64,000 nucleotides of DNA from Clostridia bacterium (GTDB lineage: Bacteria; Bacillota; Clostridia; Oscillospirales; Acutalibacteraceae). The stretch lies in NCBI GenBank assembly GCA_017548045.1, contig JAFYNR010000010.1, positions 35,271-99,270 of the forward strand, given 5' to 3'. The translations under genes and the position numbers were made by a program. Below are positions 9,875-18,619 of this stretch, piece by piece (positions within the stretch are counted from its first letter, which is position 1; every line of letters begins with the position of its first letter). The notes beneath the pieces were generated by a model. It had not been told where the DNA came from. It saw only the letters and a program-made list of their open reading frames with translations, and did not search any database.

Positions 9875-10476
9875 TGAAGATTTATTCCGTCAATATAACC
9901 GATGTTGAGGACGGTCTGTTTGAAGCATGGCTTGACCGTGCAGACGGCGAAAAAAAGAACTCGGTTATGAAAATGCAGTCGGAGAAAAAAAGGAAGCTGC
10001 GTATTGCGGCGGATATGCTTTGCAGAAAAGGCATTTCGGAATTCTGCGGCATACCCGAAAACGAAATCGCAATAAGACGCACTCCCCTCGGCAAGCCTTA
10101 TGCGGAGGGTCTGCCCGTTCATTTCAGCATAAGCCACAGCGGAGATTACGCCGTATGCGCCGTTTCGGGCAGTGAAATCGGAATTGATATTGAAAAAATA
10201 CGTACCGTTCACCCCCGTGCGCACGAAAAATTCTGCACCGAAAGCGAAGCACGGTATATAAACGGTGACGAAAACGGCTTTTTTAAAATATGGACTCTCA
10301 AAGAAGCATATTTCAAGTGCATCGGCACGGGGCTCGGCACCGATATAAAAGACGTTTCTTTTGAGATAAGCGGCGAAGAAATAAGCTGTTCCGAAAAAGG
10401 CTGTGAATTTTCCTTTTTCCCTTTGGATGAAAACTATATATGTTCCGTATGCAAAAAAACGGAGCTGTTCGGCTGA
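9874..10476 (+). CDS. Sfp-type 4'-phosphopantetheinyl transferase
   Basis: GKP, FSISHSG, IGIDIE, WTLKEAYFKCIGTG motifs. Confidence 0.9.
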   Translation: MKIYSVNITDVEDGLFEAWLDRADGEKKNSVMKMQSEKKRKLRIAADMLCRKGISEFCGIPENEIAIRRTPLGKPYAEGLPVHFSISHSGDYAVCAVSGSEIGIDIEKIRTVHPRAHEKFCTESEARYINGDENGFFKIWTLKEAYFKCIGTGLGTDIKDVSFEISGEEISCSEKGCEFSFFPLDENYICSVCKKTELFG

Positions 10477-10496
10477 ACAGCTCCGTAATTTTTTTG
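10458..10496. terminator. Bidirectional terminator
   Basis: ACGGAGCTGTTC-GGCT-GAACAGCTCCGT perfect stem overlapping the PPTase stop. Confidence 0.75.
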
Positions 10497-10498
10497 TT

Positions 10499-10864
10499 TT
10501 ATTTTACCTTTGTAAGTACAAGTGCTTCGTTGTCGGGGTCGGTGAGAGTAAGCACGTCGCCCTCAAAAGCCATTGAATAGATTTTGGTCTGCGAAAGGAT
10601 GGCAGTATCGGTAACGATTGTGATAATATCTCCTTCGACTGTGTAGGTGAAATTAACGTCAACGTCAATACCGCTGCTGATAAGAGGCATACTGCCCGTT
10701 CCGTCTTCATTGAAGGTATATTCAACGTTAACGGAGGTATTGAAGATTCCCGTTTCAACAGAGCCCTTCCAGGTACCTACAATTTTCTGTTCATTTGTTC
10801 CGCAGCCTGCAAAAAGAGAAAGCGCAAGGCAAAGAACAAGCACTACGCCGATAACTTTTTTCAT
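10499..10864 (-). CDS. Small lipoprotein (DUF5640 / lipocalin-like)
   Basis: Lipobox FAGC; IVGTW and YTFNEDGTG motifs. Confidence 0.65.
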   Translation of the reverse strand: MKKVIGVVLVLCLALSLFAGCGTNEQKIVGTWKGSVETGIFNTSVNVEYTFNEDGTGSMPLISSGIDVDVNFTYTVEGDIITIVTDTAILSQTKIYSMAFEGDVLTLTDPDNEALVLTKVK

Positions 10865-10927
10865 AACAAACACCTCATTTTTATTTTGCAATTTCAGTTT
10901 AGCACAAAGGTACGGCATTGTCTACAA

Positions 10928-12208
10928 TTATTTTGAAAGCTTTATTGTATAAAGCCACTGCGAAGCAAGGGTGTCGGGATTGATTGCAGGGAACACAACC
11001 TCTGCCTTGCCGCCGTTATTCACGATTTCAAGCTGTGCATCATTGCCTATAAGGGATGCTTTGAGATCGGGGTCATAATCAACAAGCTCCAGCACCTGTG
11101 AGCCGAAGGGGAAACGGTTGATGATTGCATAAACGTCATCGCCCTTCTTGGTGTAATACACACCCTGCTGGGTTGCCTTGGAATAAATGCGTGTGCCGTA
11201 GATTGCCTCGCCGTTAACGCTGAGCCATTCACCCATCTGAAGAAGTCTTTCTTCCATAATAACGGGAATGGTGCCGTCTGCGGCAGGGCCTATGTTAAGC
11301 AGGAAGTTGCCGCCCTTTGAAACAAGGTCGCAAAGGGTTTCAAGAAGCTCCTTTGCGCTGAGATAATCGCAAAGCTCCTCGTTACGGTTGAAGCCGAAGG
11401 AGCGTCCGATACCGCGACATTCCTCAAAGGGTCTGTCAAGCTCAATATCCTCAATACGCTTACCTGCCTCGATGTAACCGTATTCCGTTGTGAAATTACC
11501 GCCAAGATGTCCTCTTGTTTCCTTACCCCAACGGTCATTGGGTACGATTATATCCTTAACGCTTGATTCATTGTAAAGCCACTGCAGGAATTCTGTTGAA
11601 TGCCAAACCGATGAGGGATGCTCCCATTCACCGTCGGTAAACAGAGTATTGGGCTGATATTTTTCAACAAGCTCTTTAAGCATAGGAATAAGATGCTCGA
11701 GAGCATACTGCTCGGGATTTTTAAGATACGTGGGATGGAACCATTCATAAACGGAATGATATACGCCGAAACGCACGTCGGTATCCGCAAGTGCATCCTT
11801 AAGCTCCTGCAGAAAATCTCTGTGAGGTCCCGTATCAACGGTATTCCAGTTCCATGCATAGTCAGACTTGTAAAGGCAGTAGCCGTCGTGATGCTTTGAA
11901 ACGATGTTCATATATTTTGCACCGCTTTTTTGGAAAAGCTCTGCCCATTTTTTTGCATCAAAAAGTTCAGCCTTGAAGCCGCCCACAAAATCCTCATACT
12001 TTGTCTTTTCACCGTAAACACGGTTGTGGAAGGCACGTGCCTCGGTATCCTCTTCAATCTGTCTCATATACCATTCGGCATAATCCCCTTTTCTTGTAAA
12101 AGCAGGCACCGAATACAGACCCCAATGGATGAAGATACCGAATTTTGCATCGCTGAACCATTCGGGTACAGGTCGTTTGTTAAGAGATTCCCAGTTATTT
12201 TCGTACAT
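10928..12208 (-). CDS. Alpha-L-fucosidase GH29
   Basis: KFGIFIHWGLYSVP, YAEWY, KHHDGY, NDRWG, GNFLLNIGP, NGEAIYGTR. Confidence 0.92.
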   Translation of the reverse strand: MYENNWESLNKRPVPEWFSDAKFGIFIHWGLYSVPAFTRKGDYAEWYMRQIEEDTEARAFHNRVYGEKTKYEDFVGGFKAELFDAKKWAELFQKSGAKYMNIVSKHHDGYCLYKSDYAWNWNTVDTGPHRDFLQELKDALADTDVRFGVYHSVYEWFHPTYLKNPEQYALEHLIPMLKELVEKYQPNTLFTDGEWEHPSSVWHSTEFLQWLYNESSVKDIIVPNDRWGKETRGHLGGNFTTEYGYIEAGKRIEDIELDRPFEECRGIGRSFGFNRNEELCDYLSAKELLETLCDLVSKGGNFLLNIGPAADGTIPVIMEERLLQMGEWLSVNGEAIYGTRIYSKATQQGVYYTKKGDDVYAIINRFPFGSQVLELVDYDPDLKASLIGNDAQLEIVNNGGKAEVVFPAINPDTLASQWLYTIKLSK

Positions 12209-12743
12209 TATTATCACTCCGTTTTATAAGATTCATTTTATCAAGCGCAAGCATAACCGCAGGTATGAGAATAAGCTGAAGGATTATCCCCGGCACCGCA
12301 TTGACAAATGCGCCTGCAATAAACATTCTGAAGGTGAAGCCCTCAAGCCCCAGCAAAACCGTCTGCGCTATGCCCCAGACTATTCTTCCGCCCAGCATTG
12401 CAGGAATCAGACTGCCGTAAACTGCGGATACGCTTTGTTTTTTTACTCTGCCGAAAAGCAAGCCCGAAATTAATCCGTAGGCGGCAAGCTCAAAAGCCAT
12501 TGCCACCGCATTGGGGTACATAACGGGCATACCGAAAAGCACCGACCTCATAAGAGGAAGAACAAATCCCATAACTATGCCGTACTGCGGTCCGCATATA
12601 AAACCGCAAAGCAGTACGGGTATGTGCATAGGCAGCAGCATATTGCCGATTTTCTGAATCTGACCCGTGACGAAGGGCAGAACAAGACCTATACCCAGAA
12701 AAAACGCCGCAAGTATCAGATTCACAAGCTTCTTATTTTTCAT
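12195..12743 (-). CDS. ECF transporter S-component, substrate unknown
   Basis: About 6 TM helices; LLPMHIPVLLCG, MAFELAAYG, PGIILQLILIP motifs. Confidence 0.8.
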   Translation of the reverse strand: MKNKKLVNLILAAFFLGIGLVLPFVTGQIQKIGNMLLPMHIPVLLCGFICGPQYGIVMGFVLPLMRSVLFGMPVMYPNAVAMAFELAAYGLISGLLFGRVKKQSVSAVYGSLIPAMLGGRIVWGIAQTVLLGLEGFTFRMFIAGAFVNAVPGIILQLILIPAVMLALDKMNLIKRSDNNVRK

Positions 12744-13747
12744 TTTTCATTCCTCTTTGCACCCAGCAGTGCCTCCGCCGAAAACGAGGGAATTCTGCCC
12801 AGACCGTCGGGCCCTACGTTAAGCAGATAGTTTATGCCCATTGAATTGAGTTTTTCCCTTCGTGCAGCTATTTCCTCAGATGAAATCCAATTATTATCGT
12901 AGTATTTATAACCCCACGAGCTGTTGAGGGTGCCGGCGGTTTCGTAAAGACCGTAGGGCGAATACTTTATGCCGTCAATGCTGTTGGGGTCTGAATTCTC
13001 GTCAACCCTGAACTCCGTGGGATATTCGTTATCCCCCAGAGAAACGTAATCGTAAGCTCCGTTGCCGATTCTCGAATTGATAAGGCATCGGGGCTGATAC
13101 TCTTTTACAAGGTGATTGAGTTCAAGGCTCTGCTCCTTGGTAATCGTGTGCGGCACGTCAAACCATATAAGGCACAAATCACCGTAACCCGTAAGAATTT
13201 CTTTTACCTGGGGCTTTATTTTTTCCTCAAAGCAGATTGAAAAATCCTTGCTTTCACGGTTCGGGTAATCCCAGTTGTTATCCCAGGATGAGCCCGAACA
13301 GCCGCTGAGATTGGTGTAGCCTCCGCCGTGGGGATGATGCCAATCAAGCTCCTGGGAATAATAAAGCCCGAATTTAAGGCCGTACTTGTAGCAAGCTTCC
13401 CCAAGCTCTGCCGTAACATCCCTGCCGAAAGGCGTTGCGTCAACAATATTGAACGGGTCTGCGGATTTGAACATGGCAAAGCCGTCGTGATGCTTTGAGG
13501 TGAAAACGAAATATTTCATTCCGCTGTCACGGGCAAGGCGTATCCATTCATCCGCATTGAAATATACGGGGTTGAAAATTTTGGCAAGCTCCGAATATTC
13601 CTTGTTGGGTATGGCAAGCCAGCTTTGAATCCACTCCGCATAGTCACGGACTCTCCTCCCCCTCCACTCGCCGCCGAGAAGGGAATAAAGCCCCCAGTGA
13701 GCCATCATTCCGTAGCCTGCATTTTTAAACCATTCTCTGTTATCCAT
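12740..13747 (-). CDS. Alpha-L-fucosidase GH29 (catalytic barrel only)
   Basis: HWGLYS, YAEWI, KHHDGF, IWFD, INSRIG, YLLNVGP. Confidence 0.88.
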   Translation of the reverse strand: MDNREWFKNAGYGMMAHWGLYSLLGGEWRGRRVRDYAEWIQSWLAIPNKEYSELAKIFNPVYFNADEWIRLARDSGMKYFVFTSKHHDGFAMFKSADPFNIVDATPFGRDVTAELGEACYKYGLKFGLYYSQELDWHHPHGGGYTNLSGCSGSSWDNNWDYPNRESKDFSICFEEKIKPQVKEILTGYGDLCLIWFDVPHTITKEQSLELNHLVKEYQPRCLINSRIGNGAYDYVSLGDNEYPTEFRVDENSDPNSIDGIKYSPYGLYETAGTLNSSWGYKYYDNNWISSEEIAARREKLNSMGINYLLNVGPDGLGRIPSFSAEALLGAKRNEK

Positions 13748-13759
13748 ATCCGATTCCTC

Positions 13760-13796
13760 AAAAAGCCCTTTTTACTCCGAGTAAAAAGGGCTTTTT
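13760..13796 (-). terminator. Terminator after the DAHP synthase gene
   Basis: AAAAGCCCTTTTTACT / AGTAAAAAGGGCTTTT inverted repeat. Confidence 0.75.
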
Positions 13797-13797
13797 C

Positions 13798-14826
13798 TTA
13801 AAGTAAATCTGCCAGGTCGTAAATAAGTCTTTCGGTCTTTTCCCAGCCGAGGCAGGGGTCGGTAATTGATTTGCCGTAAATACATTCACCGATTTTCTGT
13901 GCACCGTCTTCGATATAGCTTTCAATCATAAAGCCCTTGACAAGCTTCTTCACATCCGCATCGTGGCGGCAGCTGTGAAGCACTTCCTTTGCAATTCTTA
14001 TCTGTTCAAGATATTTTTTCCCTGAGTTTGCGTGGTTTGTATCAACAATAACACCGGGATTTGCAAGACCGCTGTTTGCATAAACTTCCGCAAGATGAAC
14101 AAGGTCTTCGTAGTGATAATTGGGCAGTGACTGACCGTGCTTATTAACATAGCCTCTGAGAATTGCGTGGGCAAGAGGATTACCCTCGGAGTGCACCTCC
14201 CAGCCTCTGTAAATGAAGGTATGCTTATGCTGTGCGGCAGTGATTGAATTCATCATAACCGAAATATCGCCGCCTGTGGGATTCTTCATACCTACAGGAA
14301 TGTCAAAGCCGCTTGCCGTCAGTCTGTGCTGCTGATTTTCAACCGAGCGTGCACCGATTGCAACGTAGGCAAGAACGTCGCTGAGATATCTGTAATTTTC
14401 GGGGTAAAGCATTTCATCCGCACAGGAGAAGCCCGTTTCTCTGAGAGCTCTTATGTGAAGCTCTCTGATTGCAACGATGCCCTTATACATATCGGGCTTT
14501 TCGTTGGGGTCGGGCTGATGAAGCATACCCTTGTAGCCGTCACCCGTTGTTCTGGGCTTGTTTGTGTAAATACGGGGAATAATGAAAATCTTATCCTGCA
14601 CCTTTTCCTGCACGGTGCGAAGGCGTAAAATATAGTCAATTACACTGTCTTCGTTATCTGCCGAGCAGGGACCGATAACAAGCACAAGCTTATCGCTTTT
14701 GCCTGTGAAAATATCCTTAATCTCCGCCGCCCTGTTCTTAACAACGGCTTCAAGCTCGTACGTAAGGGGATAACGCTCCTTAACCTCCATAGGAATAGGA
14801 AGCTTTCTTTCAAAAATCATACTCAT
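13798..14826 (-). CDS. aroF: 3-deoxy-7-phosphoheptulonate (DAHP) synthase, class I-alpha
   Basis: IGPCS, KPRT, AIGARS.E.Q.HR, GMKNPT, SITDPCLGW motifs. Confidence 0.9.
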   Translation of the reverse strand: MSMIFERKLPIPMEVKERYPLTYELEAVVKNRAAEIKDIFTGKSDKLVLVIGPCSADNEDSVIDYILRLRTVQEKVQDKIFIIPRIYTNKPRTTGDGYKGMLHQPDPNEKPDMYKGIVAIRELHIRALRETGFSCADEMLYPENYRYLSDVLAYVAIGARSVENQQHRLTASGFDIPVGMKNPTGGDISVMMNSITAAQHKHTFIYRGWEVHSEGNPLAHAILRGYVNKHGQSLPNYHYEDLVHLAEVYANSGLANPGVIVDTNHANSGKKYLEQIRIAKEVLHSCRHDADVKKLVKGFMIESYIEDGAQKIGECIYGKSITDPCLGWEKTERLIYDLADLL

Positions 14827-14917
14827 CTTAAACACTTCTTTGCTTTTGGAACTTGCGAAATATTATACACCAAACGTTTATAAAATTCAATATGTTTATG
14901 AATATTTATACATAATT

Positions 14918-15529
14918 TCAAAGATTATCCCAATCTATTTTTCTGTTCTTGAAATAAAACTCTCTGTCGTGCTCATTAACCTCTCTGAGCACCCTGCAGG
15001 GATTGCCTACCGCAATAACGTTTGACGGAATATCCTTTGTAACCACACTGCCTGCACCGATAACAACGTTATCACCGATTGTTATACCCGGTACAATAAC
15101 GACGCCTGCACCTATCCAGCAGTTTCTGCCGATATGCACGGGAATGTTATACTGATACTGCTTCTCGCGAAGCTCAGGCAGAATGGGGTGCCCCGCAGTT
15201 GCAACCACAACGTTGGGGCCGAACATTGTATAATCGCCCACGTAAATATGGGTATCGTCAACAAGGGTAAGGTTGAAGTTGGCATAAACGCCCTTGCCGA
15301 AATGGCAGTGCCTGCCGCCCCAGTTGGCGTGCAGGGGAGGCTCAATATAGCAGTCCTCACCGATTTCCGCAAACATTTCTTTAAGCATTTCTCCCCTCTT
15401 TTCAAGCTCCGTAGGTCTTGTAAGGTTGAAATCATAAAGTCTGTCAAGGCATTTAAGCTGTTCTTCCATTATGGAATCATCGTTGGGCAGATAAAGCTCA
15501 CCCGACGTCATTTTTTCTTTATGTGTCAT
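14918..15529 (-). CDS. Sugar O-acetyltransferase (LacA/Maa family)
   Basis: Hexapeptide repeats; EKM..GELY, GHP, IGAGSVVTKDIP, GNPCRVLR. Confidence 0.9.
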   Translation of the reverse strand: MTHKEKMTSGELYLPNDDSIMEEQLKCLDRLYDFNLTRPTELEKRGEMLKEMFAEIGEDCYIEPPLHANWGGRHCHFGKGVYANFNLTLVDDTHIYVGDYTMFGPNVVVATAGHPILPELREKQYQYNIPVHIGRNCWIGAGVVIVPGITIGDNVVIGAGSVVTKDIPSNVIAVGNPCRVLREVNEHDREFYFKNRKIDWDNL

Positions 15530-15530
15530 A

Positions 15531-16745
15531 TTATTTCATTCTTTCCGCACCGTAGGCAACGTCAATGCTCTTTTTGAAAAGCATATAGTCATACTGGGGT
15601 CTCCAGCTGTCACCTGTTTCAACAGCCGATTTGAAATCATCCTCACTGCGTGCAACGTTTATTACGGAAACGCCCTTAAGCTCATCGCCCTCTTTATACA
15701 CCGTATCCCAGAATGCGTGGTGACCGATATGGGTAACGCTTTCGGGAATATAAACATAGTTCATTGCCTGATTATAACTGAAAGCATCGGAGCCGATATA
15801 TTCAAGACCTTCGGGAAGTGAATTATATACTTGACCCAGAGCCTCCTGCGAAACGAAGTGAGACTCCGTAACCTCTGCGGAGGGCTTGTAGCTGTAAATA
15901 TTCTCAAGAAGCGGAATTTCAAAGAAGCCCAGAGTTTCAATAACCGTAACGCCCTCGGGAATATAAACGTTCTTCATATTTGCATAGTTGAAGCAAAGCT
16001 GACCGATTGTTTTAACCGATGAGGGCACAACAAAGGTAAGCACGTCATTCACATACTGCTCATAGTTTGCATCCTCGGGCGAGGGCTCAACTCTGTAACC
16101 GTTTTCGTCATACACTGCATGACCGTATTTCTCCGCAAGGTAGGTATCGTGGTCGCAGGGACGGAAGATAATTTCTGTTTTGTCCTTGTTATAGAGTACA
16201 CCGTCAATATCGCAGTAGTTGGGATTGTTTTCGTCAACCTCAACCTGACGCAGTGCCCAGCAGGAATAAAATGCCTTGGGGTCAACAAACTCAACGTGGG
16301 CGCCGATATTGATAACCTGCACCTTTTCGTCGCAGTTTAGGGCATAGCTGCCCACAGACGTTACTTTTTTGGTTTCATCCTTGACAACGGTGAAATTTGT
16401 GTTAACGTCGGGATTGCTGCTGTCGTATTCAATCGATGACACGTAGTCAATATCAAGAGTTGTGATATAACCCGTATTGCTGAACTTCGAAAGCTCATAG
16501 CCCGACTGTGTCTGCTCGTATTCGTAAGTATCCTTCTGAACCGTTCTTACGCTGAAATAGCAAGAAAGAGAAACCGCAATAATTATTACAACTGCGAAAA
16601 CCGTTTTCTTGAATCCGAAATGCTTGTAGGGCTTGTTGATATGAGGTGCGGCAAGACCCTCTACCTGATAGGTCCATATTTCATCCTCAGGAATATCAAG
16701 ATGTATAGGTTCTTCAACCTGTATTTTCTTTTCTTTTTTACTCAT
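15531..16745 (-). CDS. Membrane-anchored BspA-type leucine-rich-repeat protein
   Basis: Single TM near the N-terminus; IPxxVxxIGxxAF repeats; DIDGVLYNKDKT motif. Confidence 0.7.
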   Translation of the reverse strand: MSKKEKKIQVEEPIHLDIPEDEIWTYQVEGLAAPHINKPYKHFGFKKTVFAVVIIIAVSLSCYFSVRTVQKDTYEYEQTQSGYELSKFSNTGYITTLDIDYVSSIEYDSSNPDVNTNFTVVKDETKKVTSVGSYALNCDEKVQVINIGAHVEFVDPKAFYSCWALRQVEVDENNPNYCDIDGVLYNKDKTEIIFRPCDHDTYLAEKYGHAVYDENGYRVEPSPEDANYEQYVNDVLTFVVPSSVKTIGQLCFNYANMKNVYIPEGVTVIETLGFFEIPLLENIYSYKPSAEVTESHFVSQEALGQVYNSLPEGLEYIGSDAFSYNQAMNYVYIPESVTHIGHHAFWDTVYKEGDELKGVSVINVARSEDDFKSAVETGDSWRPQYDYMLFKKSIDVAYGAERMK

Positions 16746-16757
16746 ACTTTTCACCCC

Positions 16758-18512
16758 TTATCCCAGATATCCGCCGGAAACTTTTTCGCCCTCTTCGGCG
16801 GCTTTCTTTTCGGTAACCTCTGCACGGCGTTTGAGAACCTCCATAACCATATTCTGCTTTTTGCTGTCGTAATCCCAGAAGAAATAGGGAATTGTCATCA
16901 GCACAAAGCCCACAACGTCAACAAGCAGAGGAATAACGATTATGTTGCGTCTGGAATCGTCAATGAAGAGAACGTCCCAGTTTGAGTTGAAGCCGTATTT
17001 GAGAAGCATAAGAGGAATAATAAGACCGACAAATGAGGTTACGGGGCCGGTAAACCAGCCGAAAACGCCTGAGAAGCTTTCAAGACGTTCACCGGAAAGA
17101 TACATCTGATAGTCGCCTATTCGCACGTTCATATCGTGACCTGCGGTTGTGGGAACCGTCTTTGTCATTTCCATAAAGAACATAACCACAACGCAGATTG
17201 TTCCGCAAAGGGTAAGGTTATCGCCGCAGAACCACATTGCGGCGGCAATAAGTGCGTTGCCGATTGCTCTTGTAAGCTGATAGAAAATCATAATCTGCTT
17301 GTAGGAGAAGCGTTTGAGGAAATAGGGCGAGAGAAGATCGGGCGGTGTGCCTGCAAAGGAAATGAGCATAACGATAAGGCTGTAAGGAAGACCGCTTAAA
17401 CGGAAGGTATAGAAATAAAGAATCGTAACAAACGGAAGCATACCGTTACCGAGAGAGTCAATAAGACCGACTATGGTATTTATGAGCAAATATTTGTTTT
17501 TGAGAACGCCGAACATACCGTCCCAGAACTTTATCTGAACCTTTTTCTCAACGGGAGGCTGAGGAATTCTTTCCTGAATTCTGCCTGCAAAAATCATTGT
17601 GAAGGCGGCAAGGGTGCAGAAGGTGATGGGGATAACGTATCTGTAAACGTTGATGTCAGCCCATTCGTATCTGAGCATACCGATGGCAGCAGGCATAATT
17701 ATGCCTACTATGGTGTTGAAAAAGTGAGAAAGCTTAACGGGATAGCTGCGAACAAGAATTCTTTCCTGCAAGTTGGGGCTGATGCTTCTTGTGCAGGTTT
17801 CAAGGTTATTGGCAAAGCCGAATACGTTGTAAGTTGCAAACAGCAGATTTGCAACCCATACTCTTGTTGCAACGTCTGGAATGTTGTAAACGGGAAGCCA
17901 GCCGATAAGAATAACCATTATACACTTGGGAATAACGTCGCAGTAAAGGGAATACTTATATCTGCCGTATTTGGGCAGAAGCTTTTTACGCCAGAAGATG
18001 TTTCGTGCGCCTACCCAGCCCGTGTAGAGGAAATGGGTGCCGAAGGTTTTGAAGCAGGCGGTTGCATTCATACCTTCAAGGCCGTTAAGGTATGTAATGA
18101 ATTTGCTTGTCTGGTCAAAAAGCAATGAATAGTCAAACACTATGGTTGATATTCCGAAAATAATCATCAGAAAATAGACAAGATAGAATTTACGTTCCGT
18201 CTTTTTCGGAAGAAATCCCAGATTATCGCATACAAACCACCACATAAGTGCGGAAATATAGCCCAAGGGCATATTCAGAATACCGATAACCGAGAACGTA
18301 AGATAGGGCAGCTTATAATGGTGCATAATAAGATAGCAAGCCGAGAAAAAGCCGATGTATTCAAGCACCTTTGAGCCTGCATAGTTACTGCCTACGGCAA
18401 AAAGCACGTCCTTATACTCCTTGTAGGGCACGTATTTGCCCTCTGCCGGGGTATTCCAGTGAGTTTTTATTTCGGTAAATAAAGACTTCACCTTTCCCGT
18501 TAATTTGCTCAT
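16758..18512 (-). CDS. MFS transporter, GPH/MelB-like, long form
   Basis: 12 or more hydrophobic segments; KYGRYK loop, SPNLQER, QERIP, DYQMY..GER.E; AGGAGG RBS before 18512. Confidence 0.7.
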   Translation of the reverse strand: MSKLTGKVKSLFTEIKTHWNTPAEGKYVPYKEYKDVLFAVGSNYAGSKVLEYIGFFSACYLIMHHYKLPYLTFSVIGILNMPLGYISALMWWFVCDNLGFLPKKTERKFYLVYFLMIIFGISTIVFDYSLLFDQTSKFITYLNGLEGMNATACFKTFGTHFLYTGWVGARNIFWRKKLLPKYGRYKYSLYCDVIPKCIMVILIGWLPVYNIPDVATRVWVANLLFATYNVFGFANNLETCTRSISPNLQERILVRSYPVKLSHFFNTIVGIIMPAAIGMLRYEWADINVYRYVIPITFCTLAAFTMIFAGRIQERIPQPPVEKKVQIKFWDGMFGVLKNKYLLINTIVGLIDSLGNGMLPFVTILYFYTFRLSGLPYSLIVMLISFAGTPPDLLSPYFLKRFSYKQIMIFYQLTRAIGNALIAAAMWFCGDNLTLCGTICVVVMFFMEMTKTVPTTAGHDMNVRIGDYQMYLSGERLESFSGVFGWFTGPVTSFVGLIIPLMLLKYGFNSNWDVLFIDDSRRNIIVIPLLVDVVGFVLMTIPYFFWDYDSKKQNMVMEVLKRRAEVTEKKAAEEGEKVSGGYLG

Positions 18513-18619
18513 TTTATCACGCCTCCTTAATATATCTATGTTACCATACACAAATGAAATAAGCAATATAAAATTATACAAACGCAACAAAAAAAGCTCC
18601 CAAAAGGGAGCTCTTTGAA

